In this document: positions 38,864 to 51,978 of the stretch, one piece after another
How the letters are laid out: each line of letters begins with the position of its first letter
Position numbering within the stretch: the first letter of the stretch is position 1
Assembly (NCBI GenBank): GCA_900088475.1
Contig: FLMG01004529.1
Span: 10,985 to 74,984, forward strand
Direction: 5' to 3'
Origin: Hyphochytrium catenoides
Lineage: Eukaryota; Protista; Hyphochytriomycota
DNA: 64,000 nt
Translations under genes and position numbers: made by a program
Notes under the pieces: generated by a model
Database searches by the model: none
Told to the model about the DNA's origin: nothing
The model's input: the letters and a program-made list of their open reading frames with translations, nothing else

Positions 38864-41800
38864 CTATGCCTCCTCCTTGTCTTTTCTTTTCGCTTCTTCC
38901 CGTCCGTAAGCGTTTTCCAGGTTCTGAATCAGGTCCCCTCGAAGGAAGTCAGGTAACTGGTACTCCTCGCACTTCCCAAGAAGGAAATCTTTGGTCTCAG
39001 ACTTCGACACTCCGAGCTCCAACATTCCCAAGGTAAAGGAGCAGAGTTGGCCGAACTAGTTTGGACCACAAAGGGAGAGCAATGGGCAAGTCAGTGATGT
39101 GGGATAACACAAGGATCACAGTCCGTGAAGGTCAGCCTTAAGGTTTGATAGTAGGTGGACCTTCTATGTGTCTCTCCCTTACTGTCACTGTCGAATGTAG
39201 CAGTGTAGGCTATCCCACTCTAACCGGACGTACCACAATGTTATGAATTCTCCTCACTGAGTCTTCCCGACTTGGCAGATAGCTCTGTCCTTCTCCTTGT
39301 TCCGACAGAAGAGTATACCATTCAACTTCTTGAGGCATCTTTTCTAGCTCCTCCTCGATACCGTGCAAGAGGGCATTATCCCAGAACTGGCAGGCAGACA
39401 CTATTAGGTTATGCTGGATACAGGAGGCACGATGAAGAAGGACGGGACCTTACTGGCTTTTGCACATGGCTGATAGAGAATATATAGCGAAAGAGAGAAC
39501 AAGGAATGGGAAGAGTACTTCTAAGACCAAGAGCACTCCAGCACGCAAAGGCTTACCATTGGGTTCCTCCAGAGCGGGTGAGGGCGAAGGTGCTCTATGA
39601 GATACTCTTTCTGTTCGCTTTTGCCTTGCCCTTCTACTCGTCGATAGAAGGTTTCTGCCATGATAATCGCCGTTTTTCCTGCCTTCACATCGTTGAAATC
39701 AAGGCATGAATCCAGGACGAGCAGAAAGGCTGTGACGAGAGAAGAGAAGCCTTCGCCAACATCCGTTTTGATACTCCTTTGCTCATTGAGCACTCTCATA
39801 AAAAGCTCTCTTCCTTCCCTCGTCTTTGCCATAGCTCCAATACCATCCACGGGCTGGCCCTTCCAAAGGGGATACCGCATGCTCTCTCTTCTTTGTCTTT
39901 CTTCTTCTCTTGCGCTTCTCCCTTCTCCATTGAGTGTCACTTGCATATCCTCATTATATCCCTTCGCTTCAGGATGGCAAGAGAGGATGCTAGCAACTAG
40001 CGCTCTCATTTCGGACAGCATTTCTCCATCCCCTTCACTCTCGGCAGAATCTTGTTTTACGTTCTCTCGCTCTCTGACGTCCTCCCACTGCCCGGAGGTC
40101 TCCAGAACGTCTTCACTCTCGACCAGCTAGAGAGCAAAATGTCAGGGACAGGAGGTTGAGAGAGCAGAAAACGTTCTGGAAAGGTTGACTAGCTAGTAAA
40201 GAGGATTTCTCCCATGGAGACGCTAGTATATAGGCAAGAATTGACCTTCGAGTTGAAAGCTATATCCAAAAAGAAGCAAGCAACACCGTGATGGCAAAAT
40301 GACAACCTTCACACCTAAATGCTCTGTTCAGTCCTAGCCTTCAAAGAGTTCCGCTCGGTTGCGAACCTACCGGAGAGAATTCCAAGTCTCTTAAGTTTTG
40401 CCCGGCTTTTGCCCTGCCTCCCTCTTTCTTTTTCTGCTGTTTCTCTTTCTGATTTTTCCTCCGCTGCCAATCCCACTCTAATAGAGACAGAGCTTTGCTG
40501 GAGAGATGGAGGCTGGGATCGCGTGATCTCTAGATCATAAGAACCATGACTTAGCCGTACGATTTCTGAGACAGATAGAGTCCCTGCTACAGCACAAACT
40601 TATGGCCCAGCCACTGACTTGTACCTGGATGAATAGGTTGAGGTCACTTTCCGCATCCACAGCTGTGGTGACGGTGATAAGCTGCGTCAAGTTGTAGTCC
40701 CGAGCACGTAAAAGGTGGTGCTCGGTTGAGGTGTATTTCTCCAGCGCCTACGAAGCCAGACAACAGATGCTATCAGGGACAGATCGGGCTTGACAGGAAG
40801 CATGATGGAAAACTCCTCAGACAACCAATCTTTAATGAGCTTGCAGACGCAGTCATTACATGGTCGATCTTGAAGGCGGAGAGTTCAGAAGAAGAGTACA
40901 TCCCGGCCTTCGTCCTTACCTCCTTAACAACGGCAATCCGTCTCCTCTCTAAGGCGTAGAAGCTTGAGGACGAGGCTAGAGTTTGCTCATCTAACCGCCA
41001 AAGGGAGGAGAGGAGCTTATCCTTGGACGTCCCATAAGAATCCGCCGCGTCTTCAGTGTCTCTAAATGCCCGAGAAAGCTTCGACGCGATCCTCTGCAAT
41101 TCCCTTTCAGGTNNNNNNNNNNNNNNNNNNNNNNNNNNNNNNNNNNNNNNNNNNNNNNNNNNNNNNNNNNNNNNNNNNNNNNNTTTGCCGATGGCGCTGT
41201 TGACATCTACCTGGGACTTCTCATACCGAGCTCTGGCCTAGGATAGCAGGTACAGGTAAGGTAAGCGGACATGTAAGACATACGGGTGTTAGCCGTTGAA
41301 GGCAGAAGAGCTACCCGGTGAGATGAGTCCTATACTGCTCCAGGTGAGACTGTGTGAAAGAAAGCTTGACGACATAGCAGATAATTGAATTTTGATTGAA
41401 GGAAGATCGCAAATGCCGAGGTAAAGAACCTCTTAGGGTTTCTTAGGGAACGTCATGGCAACCGCATTGCAGCCCAGGCGAGCCTAGGAGAAACATGGGC
41501 TAACAGGAAGAGGAAGAAAAGGAACGCAATTAACAATTGGGAAAAACGAGCCATATCTCACTCGTTTCAGCATCGCTTCTGCCTCCATGACTTCTTGGCG
41601 GCGCGCATTATGTTCCGTATAGACCTTTCTGCTCGTTCTGTCAATTTCTTCCTATAGATGTGGGTGCCTTTAGAAAGCCTCCACTGCGACGATCGAGAAG
41701 GATCAACAAGGGCACCCTTCTACCACTCAGTCTTCTAGTCATAGGCAGTTGAAAAAGGAGACAGCGCCCGGAGCTCACCTTGCAAGTGATAATCGGGTGC

Positions 41801-42400
41801 AAAACTTCGTTCTTTAGTGACTCTGCAATGGCTTTATGCTGCATTGAGAGGGTGATAGAGTGATTTCTCAAGTTGCCTAGTGCTGTCTGTAAGCTGCTTC
41901 CTTCAATCTCCGCTGAGGCTATTGTGGCAGCACTAAGCTTGCCCGCAGCTCGCATTATCTCCTTCGACGCATGGTCCAGGGCGGCACACAAAATTTTGAA
42001 GTGGTCCGTAAGCTCATTCATCACTGCGAGAGACTGAGAAGCTCTTCTCTCTTGCTCGGCAATTGGTATCTGTTGATCAAGCATAGCCGTCAAACTAGAT
42101 CGAACGCAGGAGGGAGAAGAATAATGAAAACAGAAGTAACCATGGAACAGAGACTAAGGACAATATCCGCAAGTCAATAGAGGGGAAGACAAGGAGAAGG
42201 AAAGTCTGACAAACTCTACCTGAGCGTAGGCACGGCATTCATCCCGTGCATCACCAAGCACAGGCCCACCAGAGCTATGGATGGGAGACTTCTCGCTTTC
42301 TTTAGCCATATCGGGCTCTTTAGGGCATAGGATGGGTGCTGCCTCTCTGTGCTTGAGTGAAGGCTCTGCGGTACGCCCCTCCTCCACTACCTCCGGCCCG
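38864..42400 (-). CDS. F-BAR/FCH-like coiled-coil protein with C-terminal SBF2 (myotubularin-associated, DENN-adjacent)-like domain
   Basis: N-terminal helical region with EGSSLQTALGNLRNHSITLSMQHKAIAESLKNEVLHPI, ARARYEKS, LERRRIAVVKEAL, VDAESDLNLFIQ (F-BAR-like). C-terminal region GRELFMRVLNEQRS...LDSCLDFNDVKAGKTAIIMAETFYR...YLIEHLRPHPLWRNPMFWDNAL...IVFGQLCSFTLGMLELGV (SBF2-like). Stop at 38864; start uncertain. Confidence 0.75.
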
Positions 42401-43256
42401 GGATGTGGCGCATCAAGGGACCACTCTATAGGTCACGTATGCCTGAGTTCCCAGATACGATCCAAAGGAGCCAGACTAGGGCTATACCAAGCTCAAGAGC
42501 TCAAGAGGATCTGCAGCAAACTCTGCGGTGCTATGAACGCGAATGAGGTGGGCGCGATCCTCTCCCGGATGTGTGCACTCTTGACAGCGCTCGCGGCTTC
42601 TCAAGGACGGCCGCGTGATGTTCTGTTAATTTTCTGTTTACCTAGTTTGGTCTCTACCTCGCTACAAATCCAATGTTTTAACCCGCGTCAGCTATCTCTC
42701 TTTTCATCTCTGTCTCCCTCTCTTTCCACTACAACTGGTGGAGAAATTTCACCTTCACAATCCCAATGAAGAAAAATCATTCTGAGGTTTGAGCGGTTAT
42801 CAGCTATAGACTAAGCTTGAGAATCACCTTTCTAGTTTCAATTCATAGACATCTAGTTATCGAATATGCGAGTTTGATTACTGATTACTTTAGCCATCTT
42901 CTGATGTAATGTATGGGAGTGTAAGCGACTGTAAAAATGTAACGGCGTTTCTCACTTTCTCACTTGTATAAGGTGGATGCTGAGATCCGAGTATCCAGTC
43001 CACTTGGTAGCTCAACGGGCTCAGTGGCCAACACCTCCAACCTCAACCATTCGCACACTCTCAAGATGCTGGTTGCTGCTGTCCAGCCTGGCGGAGCTAT
43101 CAAGAGCCTGTCTCTCGGGTGGTTTGAACAGGGGAACACTCGTAGTGTGCCGTCGAAGTCAAGGTGAATGCCTTCGGCATAGGGGTGCAGCGCGCTAGAA
43201 GTATTCTTCAACCGGGCACTACGCTAGCTTCCTCATTGGAGTCCGGCACTAGCACT

Positions 43257-44161
43257 ATGAATAGCCCGACCAAGAAGGATGATCAGGTTAGTTCTACCTC
43301 AGGTGGTCAGAAGACAAGTACTGCGGCTCATTGATTTTTCTCTAACTTGTTTAGAGCCGGCGGACGCTAGTTGAACGCCAAGAAGACGAGAAGGGAGATG
43401 CTTCTGCCCTAGCAGAACTTCAGGTGCGTACGGCTATTATAAGCGAAGCAGCTAATCTATGCTACAGCCCCTCTGACTCCATTCTAGATCAAGCAGTTGG
43501 ACGCCGTTATCAGCCATTTGCGCCACTCCCGGAAGCTCTGTGAGGACCAAATGACGAATGATGCGGCTGAAATGGCGGCTATCGATAAGCAAATGATGTT
43601 CATTCACGAAAAGTATGACCCACTATGTGCGAGGCTCACCGACCGTGAGAAGGAAAGAGACCGACTAAAGCGACAGCTGGATGAAGTGTCAAAGCAGTTT
43701 AGCGATGTAAGATTGCAGCCCTTTAGCCTTCAAGTCGTCCTTTTTCGCCAGGCTCTGATATCTCTCAACTCTATCGAACATCCTTATCGGTCAGCAACAG
43801 TCCTTGGCGTTGGTCCGCCTCGTTTGGATAATCTGATGCCAAGCTCTGCTTTTGCTTTCAGTCAATCCTCAGAACCTCTTTGTCCTCCCATTTTTCACTG
43901 TGTATGCATAGTATATTGCTGCTTTGCAGTGGTGTGCCCTTATCTTTAAGCCACGTGTCTCTTCACCTGCGCTGACTGCACTGCCATATCCTTTCCCAGA
44001 TTATCGACTTCACACGAGGCACGTTGCAAACGACCAGCTACACAGAGACCAGACAGAGTCGAAAGATCACCTCGGAAGCTCTTACTGCTCAACGAGGATA
44101 TTCAACGGGCGTAGGATCTACACATCATGGCAGTGACAGAGGGAGATCAATGAAGCGGTGA
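43257..44161 (+). CDS. Small coiled-coil protein resembling SSNA1/DIP13/NA14
   Basis: Four exons (43257-43286, 43355-43423, 43488-43706, 44000-44161), all phase-0 GT-AG, 159 aa. An ~80-residue core aligns without gaps to the SSNA1 heptad register as I recall it. Confidence 0.7.
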
Positions 44162-44542
44162 TCTATATTCTACCACGGACTCGAATGAGACCTTTCTGTC
44201 TCGATCCGTACCGTCCTCATTCCGTCACTTCGTCTCTTCGGGTATGATCGTATACTTGGAGAGCGTCCCATTAACCGAGGCCGGGAACATGCTATGAAGC
44301 CCGCATGACCTTAGATTCTACCCTCTCGTGCTTCCTGTCTCAATTCTGGGTCCTCAACAGGCACGAACGCCACAAAGGGCATGAAACAAGCATACATTGC
44401 TCACAAGTTCCGTTAGAGGAAAAGGTCTCTTTAACTTGATCCATCTATTCAGGGAACGGATGTTCTTATTAGCCTACTATTAACAATCGGTGATTGCCTG
44501 TGGGTCTTCAGCGAGCACCTCTTTCCCGCTTTTAGTGGTGAT

Positions 44543-45906
44543 TTATGCTTTCCCTTGCACGAAGTATTTATCTAAGAGTGGGGAAAAGACTTCGCAGATG
44601 ACAGTCATGGGTCTGCCACTGTGCCAAAAAATATAGTACCGCCCCCAGAAGGGGCCCTTGAACCCGAATTCTCTTTCTAATCGCTCTGATTCTCCTGTAT
44701 ACACAGCTAAACGAAGAATAACGGTGGATAGATGTGAGGGACGAATAGGCCAGAAGAGAATGATAATAGCTCAAGAAGAGATATAAGAGTCCGACAAGCA
44801 CAAGAAGAGAACAGGAGCGGGACATAGGCGCATGGATTCAGGGTCAAGCAAAGAAGGGAGAAGACATACCCCTAACATCCCTATACGTTTCGGTCCTAGA
44901 ATCTCTAAGGCTTTGCCAGATGGGGATTGACCGGTTCTTCAGATGCTCATTCACCTAAAGGCTGTGTCAGATATACACATTTCCTATTCATTGGCGCCAA
45001 GGTGTGAAGATAACCCTTCTCCGGTACGCTCTGAGCGCATTCCGGTCATTACGTCAGACTGCTCTGGAAAAGCCATCCTTGCCCCGCTAGAACAGCTTGC
45101 CCTTTATCAATATCGAGCTCCGACGAAGTCCTTTCAGTCTTCTATCTATATGGTATGCCTGCCCCTGCTTGTCACAGAGCTTCACCTACCTCTGAAGCAT
45201 TCCACCATGAGACAGCGTAGCCATAGCGCTCCCCGTCTCCTGTCTTGAGCCAGACCTGGCGTCTAATGTATGGACCCTTCACTTCCTTCAAGCATTCCGG
45301 GGCCAAAGGGTCAGAGGATCCGACCTCGGACATCTCAAAGACGTCCACTGCCGTCTCCTTCCTGCGAGAGATGGAGGCCAAGGTTCGACGGCACATCAGA
45401 AGGAGGACATCGGACTAGGAATAGTAACTGTCATAGGTAGAAAAAAAGGCAGCAGAGTGATGACACAAGGCCCAACATTTTTAAAGGACTGGGACGTGGA
45501 AAGAGATAGCCAGAGCTATATAAGAGAGTATGATGGGAGAGTCAATACCGTTTCTCTGCAAGGGAACAGAGCTAGGAAGAAGCACCTCCTCACAGAGGAT
45601 GACAAGAAGTCAGTTCTTACCCTGTCATGAGCTTTACGTGTTTCGTTGGGGCTCCATCTCCCAGGAGAAAGAGCTGCCAAGCCGGCGATGCCTTGTCAAA
45701 CGGAAGACCGGTCTACAAATAGTGTCAGCATTAAAAGGAGTAATAGACTTTCGTTGTTTCTTCCTCCTGGTCCAGAAGTCGTGGGCTCAGTGAGTATGCA
45801 GCTCACACCGCTAAATCTCTTTCACAATAAAGCGATCTCTCCTTTCCCGGGTTCCCATTCTGACGTCTTGACTAAGGTAACCTCTCTTTCTCTGTGTCTG
45901 TCTCCT

Positions 45907-45945
<39 letters not shown>

Positions 45946-46171
45946 TCTCCTTCTCTCTGGTCTTTGTCTCCTTCCCCCTCCTTCCTATTGGCTGGTCCCC
46001 TCTCACCTCTAACTGCGCATTAGATGCCTCAAAAATTTTGTTCAGGAGAAAGTTAGATGGCGCCAAGCTCTCTTCAGATGGCAGGATGTCTTTTCCGTCA
46101 ACTAGTTCCGAAGAAGCAGAAGGAGGAGAAGGTGGGACCACCTCACGTGTCAACTCCTTCGCCCTCGGCAT
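44543..46171 (-). CDS. ycf21: Cyanobacterial-type chorismate pyruvate-lyase (UbiC-like, DUF98/Ycf21 family)
   Basis: Six phase-consistent exons give LPFDKASPAWQLFLLGDGAPTKHVKLMTGKETAVDVFEM...GPYIRRQVWLKTGDGERYGYAVSWW...HLKNRSIPIWQSL..SRTETYRDV..VYTG...FGFKGPFWGRYYIFWHSGRPMTVICEVFSPLLDKYF. This matches the cyanobacterial family signature (PAWQLLLLGDGSPT, RRQVWL, YA.SWW, GPFWGRHY.FW, IYEVFSP). Further upstream exons are possible. Confidence 0.9.
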
Positions 46172-47554
46172 TTTGTATCTAAGCAGCGCACAGGGGACAG
46201 CTCTGCTTGGAGGAGACCCGCAGAGCGTGCGTGAGACCGATAAACTTAGAGATAAACAGAGACATAGAGAAGCAGAAAGCCACACAGACAGTGGGTGGTG
46301 GAGACCAAGATATCCAAACCATAGAGCACAAAGCATGTCTGGTTAGGAGCTAGAGCCACTTTACATAGGAAGCACAGACGCGGTTGAACCATCGTAGGGA
46401 AGAAACGACCTCCTGAGCGAGAAGGCTAGCGACAGAGATGTGCAATACCTTGAAATGCCCTCGATTCTGGCTCATATGCGCCGCCAATACGGAGGAGTGT
46501 CTTAATGTTACACCTCAGCCGTAGAGAAGTATGAAGCTGGCTAGCCCAAGAAAAGACCGAGATCACCGACTTCCGTCCTCGAGCTCGGCCTTGCTTTTCT
46601 CTCCTGCTCCTAGCCGTAGGTACAGCGGCTCCTGAATAGTTGCTCCTTCAGTCCTCGAAGCTTTGCCTTATTCTTCTTCGACTGTTGGAAAAAGCGTTTG
46701 GGGAGGCAACTTAATGGCGAACATCAAGAGCTCTGCTGATGGTGCAGCAAGGAGAGGGAAGTGGTTGAAAAAGGGAGAGAGAGAAGAGACATGATTGATG
46801 AGAAGCAAACGTGAGAGAGACAGAGAGATGAGAGCGCGAGCGGAGAATAGAGAGACAGAGGNNNNNNNNNNNNNNNNNNNNNNGAGAGAGAGAGAGAGAG
46901 AGAGAGAGAGATCAGAAGCACATTTGAGATGAGCTGCGTATAACCCATGACTAGCAACGTGTGTTTGACGTATAATTCTATCAGGAACAGAACCTGAGTT
47001 TGATAGGCCTTCAGAGGGCCTTTAAGTGAAAATGGCGTTTTTTTATGGGCCCTAGGACGCATGCCTTGAAGCACCTTGAGCTGCGGTCACTGGTTGATGG
47101 GATTCTGATCTTTGGCGCTCCAGCTGAATAACAGACAGACAACCCTTCAGCAGCAGCAGAGAGTGGAGAGAGAGAGAGAGCGGACAGNNNNNNNNNNNNN
47201 NNGAGAGAGAGAGAGAGAGAGAGAGTGTGAAAGAGGAGAGTGGGCGATGAGGAGGGTGGAAGAAAGCAGAGAGAAGAAAGGTAGGGGAGACTAAATAAAC
47301 ACCTGAGAGACGAAAAGGATCACCCAAAAACAGCTGTCGGGGCAGGCGGAACACGATAAACCCACCGAAGCGTTGTAAGGGAAGGGCTTCGAAAGGAACA
47401 CACTGCCCATAGGCGCCGATTGTAATAAAGAGAGAAGGCGTGTGTCTCTCCTGCAGCGGCCCTTCAGTCCGAGCCACAGTGGGAGAACGACAGGACAGGT
47501 ACAGTCTATTGAACGGCCTAAGGCGAGCTGCAGCAGGATCTGAATAAGGTCAGC

Positions 47555-50500
47555 ATGCCGTCGACGGAGGATGCCCGAGCAGGCGTATTCTGTTTACTGG
47601 AGCTGCTGAATGTCGAAACAGAGAAGGTCAGTTCACCTTGCATCTGTTACCCGCATATCTGCTCCGCGGCCAGCATCACTGTCCCCTGGCACCTTTCCTG
47701 TCTTGCCATCGCCTGCTCACCATCCGCTTCTAACCTTTATTAGGCAAATCAGATCCTTCCCTACGTCGCCAGTACACTAGAGTCCGGTCAGCTTATTCGG
47801 AACTGCTCCAGTAGTGTCACAGGTGACAACATGAGACACAAGCGAACACATCGCCTGCCTAAGCTTTCTTCTAGTTGGTGAAGCCCTGTGTTTCTTCCTC
47901 TCACTACTCCCAGGCCCGTGCCCTTACCTTACCTTCTCATGCCCGTTATCTCTCTCTCTGCCAGATCTTTCGTTGTCTTAGTTTTGCTACCCTTATTGTC
48001 CGCTCTCAGTCTCTTGCTCATGCTCAACACCCTCCCTTCTCGGCTCTCTCCATCTCTCTCACTCGGCTCCCTCTCTCTCTCTCTCTACTTGCCATCACCA
48101 AATAAGGCAAATGGATAAATCTTTCTTTGGAACTCTGCAAGAGAAAGAATGCAGACAAAGACATTTCTTTTCGCATCCTCGCTGAGACCGTCAGGCAGAT
48201 CGGAGCGGAGTATCTAGAGGGAAAGATAGGACAGCTCCTAGACTTAGTGAAGGCCAATCTTAAGGGCCGAGAAGCAACTCCTCTGTCTCTCTATGTCTGC
48301 GCTCTCCTGCTTTCCTTGCTGCAGAGACAGCAGGATCTGTCTATGGAGACTCAGAAGCTCATCTTTTCCTCCCTTCAAGAGGTTCTCTCCTCCCTCATCA
48401 GCCTTGCTGGGAAGACGTTGAAAGATAAGAAGAAGGATGCTACTTCCGGCCACGTAAGAGCAGCTAGACCTCCGAGAATGCCAAGCAACCCTCTGCCCTC
48501 TTCTCTTCCGTCTATGTTGAAACGCCCTTTCCTCTGCATCTTACGCCTGGCCGCACATGGTGCTTCACGCTTCTTACCTGCTTACCTGGCACGCTAAGTA
48601 AAACCTTGCCCCTTATGCGATTGACTGGTGTGCTAGTGATGCCACTACTCCTTGCATTTCTACATATTTTGTTTCGCTTTGTTTGCTCGTATTCCTGGTC
48701 CTAATCTCTCTTCCTTATACCTGATGTGCTGCTAGGGGTCTATCTTGCCACTACTGAGGCATTTGCTATTGCAATCGCCCTCGGTCATGAAGCCTCACAG
48801 TGGAGCGTTGGAGCATGCGCTCGTGCTTTACCTAGAGAATCGAGCCCCGTCCGCAGGGGAGAGGAAGGGAGAGAAAGACAGAAGCCCTGAGGCAAGGCTA
48901 AATTGGCCTGAAGGCCTTCCGGTTGAGATAGCCGAGGCCCTCTATGTGCTCTCACTTCTGTCCCGGATAGTGGGAGAAGGCAAAGATGGTGCTGGGTGGA
49001 AAAGCTTTGTGCTCCGCTATATTTACTACCTGCACCGTGTTCTAAACACCATCGCCCCAGCTAGCAAGCAGCGGGAGCAAGCGATCAAGGCTCTTGAACC
49101 GCTGGTATGCCAGACGCTAGGGGCTGATCTCAATGTCTCGCCTAAACCAATCCTGCGCTATGAAGGCACCATGACCTACTGCCTTCTTTACTCTTTCGTT
49201 CCTTGCACTAGCTCATCGCGACTGGCTCTTTGCTTCCGTCATGCATTAATGTCATGTCTTACTTGTTCTTGCACTTGCTAGAACCCTGGATCTCCTTTCT
49301 GCCCTTCTTGGGATTCTGTTCCATGTTGCTGTTATGGCTAATAAGGCTGTTTAGGCTATAGAGGCGCAGTCAGTGACCGCGCTTCTGACGAAAACGGAGA
49401 ATGCGAGCCCTCTTTGTCTTCTCTGGCGCATTCAGTGGATCTTTGCGCTTCTCCGCGGCCTGCTGGGGTCATCGTCCTCTTCCTCAGCCGCTCTTTCCAC
49501 CCCCACTCCAGTAGCTATACCTCTCGCCGAGCTAGTAGAAGTGATTGACAGATGCACTGAGATTCATGTTAACATCAGGACGAAGGAGGTAAGAAGCAGT
49601 CATTATAAGGGACATTAGGCGGGAAAAGAGACTGATCTGAGCATTAAGTAGAGAGGTACCAGGTGCCGCTTCCCTATCCTCCATCCCCAGGACTTGCTTC
49701 ATGCCATTACGATCTTTCTCCATCTCTGCTTTCATCCCCTAGTTGTTGCCGCAAGCCCTTAAGAAGGAAACTGCACTCTTTCTCTCTTGCTGGCTTCTGC
49801 TCCTTCGCGGCCAATTCTTTCTCCTATGACTTTAGGACTAGTACAGGTCTTAGATAACAGGCTTTGCCTTTACTTATTCCTCTGCCATATCCTTCTCTGT
49901 CTTTTTCTACCAGGCTTTGGTCGCACCATCTGTCAACGCCCTCATGCCAGCACTTTCTTTTGGTCTACTTCCTCTCATACAAAAAGAGGCACTCAGCCTG
50001 GCCGCATCTCTCTCCCTGGTCGCTGGGCCTGTGATGGCGCGCTATAGAACCAGGCTGGGAAGGATAGTTAGCTGGGGTCTTTCTACTCTACCTTCTTCTT
50101 CAGCTTCTGCTATTGCTCCTTCTCCTGCAGGGGATGTGGCTCTCTGCTCATTTCGCTTGGTAAAAGCTCTAGCTCTGTCTTTAGGAAGCGGAGTCACTCC
50201 CCATATTTTAGTTCCTGCTATAGAGAAGGTGAGCTCTTTGCCTGCATTTAATCCAAGCCCTGATAATGCTCGCTGCTCGCTCTGTCTCAGTCTCCTCATC
50301 TTTGATCCCCATTATGGCCCTTTTTACGGACCTCTCCAAGATTTGCTTTTCGTCCACTTTCAAGCCTTCAGCCTTCACTGACTGTTGCGCCTTTTAGATC
50401 CTCCGGCTGCTCGGTGCCCTCTCGCCTCCTCCTTCCATACTCTTGTCTGCCTCCGCTAGCACCAATGGGGGCCAAAGCTCCGGCGGAGGTGGTGGAAAGA

Positions 50501-51978
50501 AGAGAAAGAGGACCGGAGCGGCTGCGGCACGTCCTGAGAAGGCTCAAGAACAGGTCTACTTTCCTCTTTAAGATGCCTCGTACTTCCAGTTCCTTTATTG
50601 CTGTCCGATAGGGCTCGCATGTATATTTCAGTCCAACCTTTTATCTGTTTCCCTGGCTCGGGGATATGGCTCCAGTCTATCTAGTAGACCCCCCCCCCCG
50701 GTTCACCTGCCTCTTTTCTTCTTCTCCAGCCTTGTTCATCTCCTTTGTTCTTCTATGTTCACTTATTTCCTCGTCGTTCTACCCTTGGCTGTATCTATTC
50801 CTTTTGTTGAGATTAACAGTGCCATATGAGTGTGACGTTGTTCTGTTTTACAGGGGTCAGGCTCACGTCAAATAGACTGGGATCTGCTGGTCGCAGCAGC
50901 CAGTGCTCTGGAATCCTGTCTCTGTGCTTCAGGGCATGAGCTTAAGGCTGAACTGCGAGATAGAGTGGACGGGTCGATTGCTCGATCTCTTCTCTTCCTC
51001 GCCAATCCGCCAGCGAAACTCTTCGTTCCTTCCCAAGCCCATTTTTCGTCTCTTATCACTTGCTTGCTTGGCTGTCTGCATACCTGTGCGGTATCTCCCA
51101 TCTCCGATGGTGGTTTGTCTTTTATTGTGTCTTCGGCGACAGAGATCTTCCGGATATTTCAGCAAAGAGGAGACGAAAGAGTAAGGGAGAGAGCTGCGTT
51201 AGCTGCTGTCAGTTGTGATGCACTCCTCCACCCTCGGTCAGCACCTCTTTCCTTTCCTCCCGCGAGGTTTGGACCGGTAGAGAGCCTTTTACCTCGAGAG
51301 GATTTTCCTGGCCAAGATTGTCAGGTAGCACTTACTGACTCTTTCTCCGTTAATAGTCTGCAGTCTAAGCGGCAATGACTCTGAGGCACAAAGACTTTCT
51401 TCTCTACTCTTTTCCTTATCTCTTCTCCCTTTAACTAAGGAATTTACCACGGCATTACTTTGCTCTGTCTCTCAAAGTCTTGCTCGCTCTCCTTACCCTT
51501 ACGAATGCGACCCTTTCCTTAATAGGCCAAGACAGACTTTGAGAGCTCAGANNNNNNNNNNNNNNNNNNNNNNNNNNNNNNNNNNNNNNNNNNNNNNNNN
51601 NNNNNNNNNNNNNNNCCTTTACTCTCTGCACAAGAGGAGCACGAGCCACAAGAGACCGCTGACGGGGAGAAGAGAGTGGAGAAGCGCCAGCGGACGGATG
51701 CGGACCAGATCAAGGAAAAAGGCGGAATGGCAGATATCAGGGAAGAAGGGATGAAGAGTTCAGTCCAGACTAAGGACGCTTCTCCTGTTCCCGTCGTTGT
51801 CCAACCTCCTGCAGCCATGACTGCCTCTTCAGCCGGTCCGCCTCCTCCTCGCACTTCATCTTCCTCGTCTTCAGCAGCACCGGGGCCTATTCGTAAGGCT
51901 TCAGAGCTGTCAGACGACGATGACTTTGACCTCGTAGATGAAGGACCCGACAGTGAGGAGGATGAGGACGAAAGCTAA
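47555..51978 (+). CDS. RIX1: Pre-rRNA-processing protein RIX1 / PELP1-like (rixosome subunit)
   Basis: About nine exons encode a long Leu-rich HEAT/ARM-like helical protein with LLRHLLLQSPSVMKPH, the CDALLHPRSAPL motif (PELP1/Rix1 LLHPR.PPL) and an acidic tail DDDDFDLVDEGPDSEEDEDES*. Confidence 0.8.

Noticed and set aside
46172-46336. Hydrophobic MLCALWF...LSLSLSV segment as a signal peptide for the chorismate lyase
   Set aside because: The hydrophobicity derives largely from a CT-rich, intron-like tract ending in AG acceptors. It cannot be excluded without transcript data, so it is not called.
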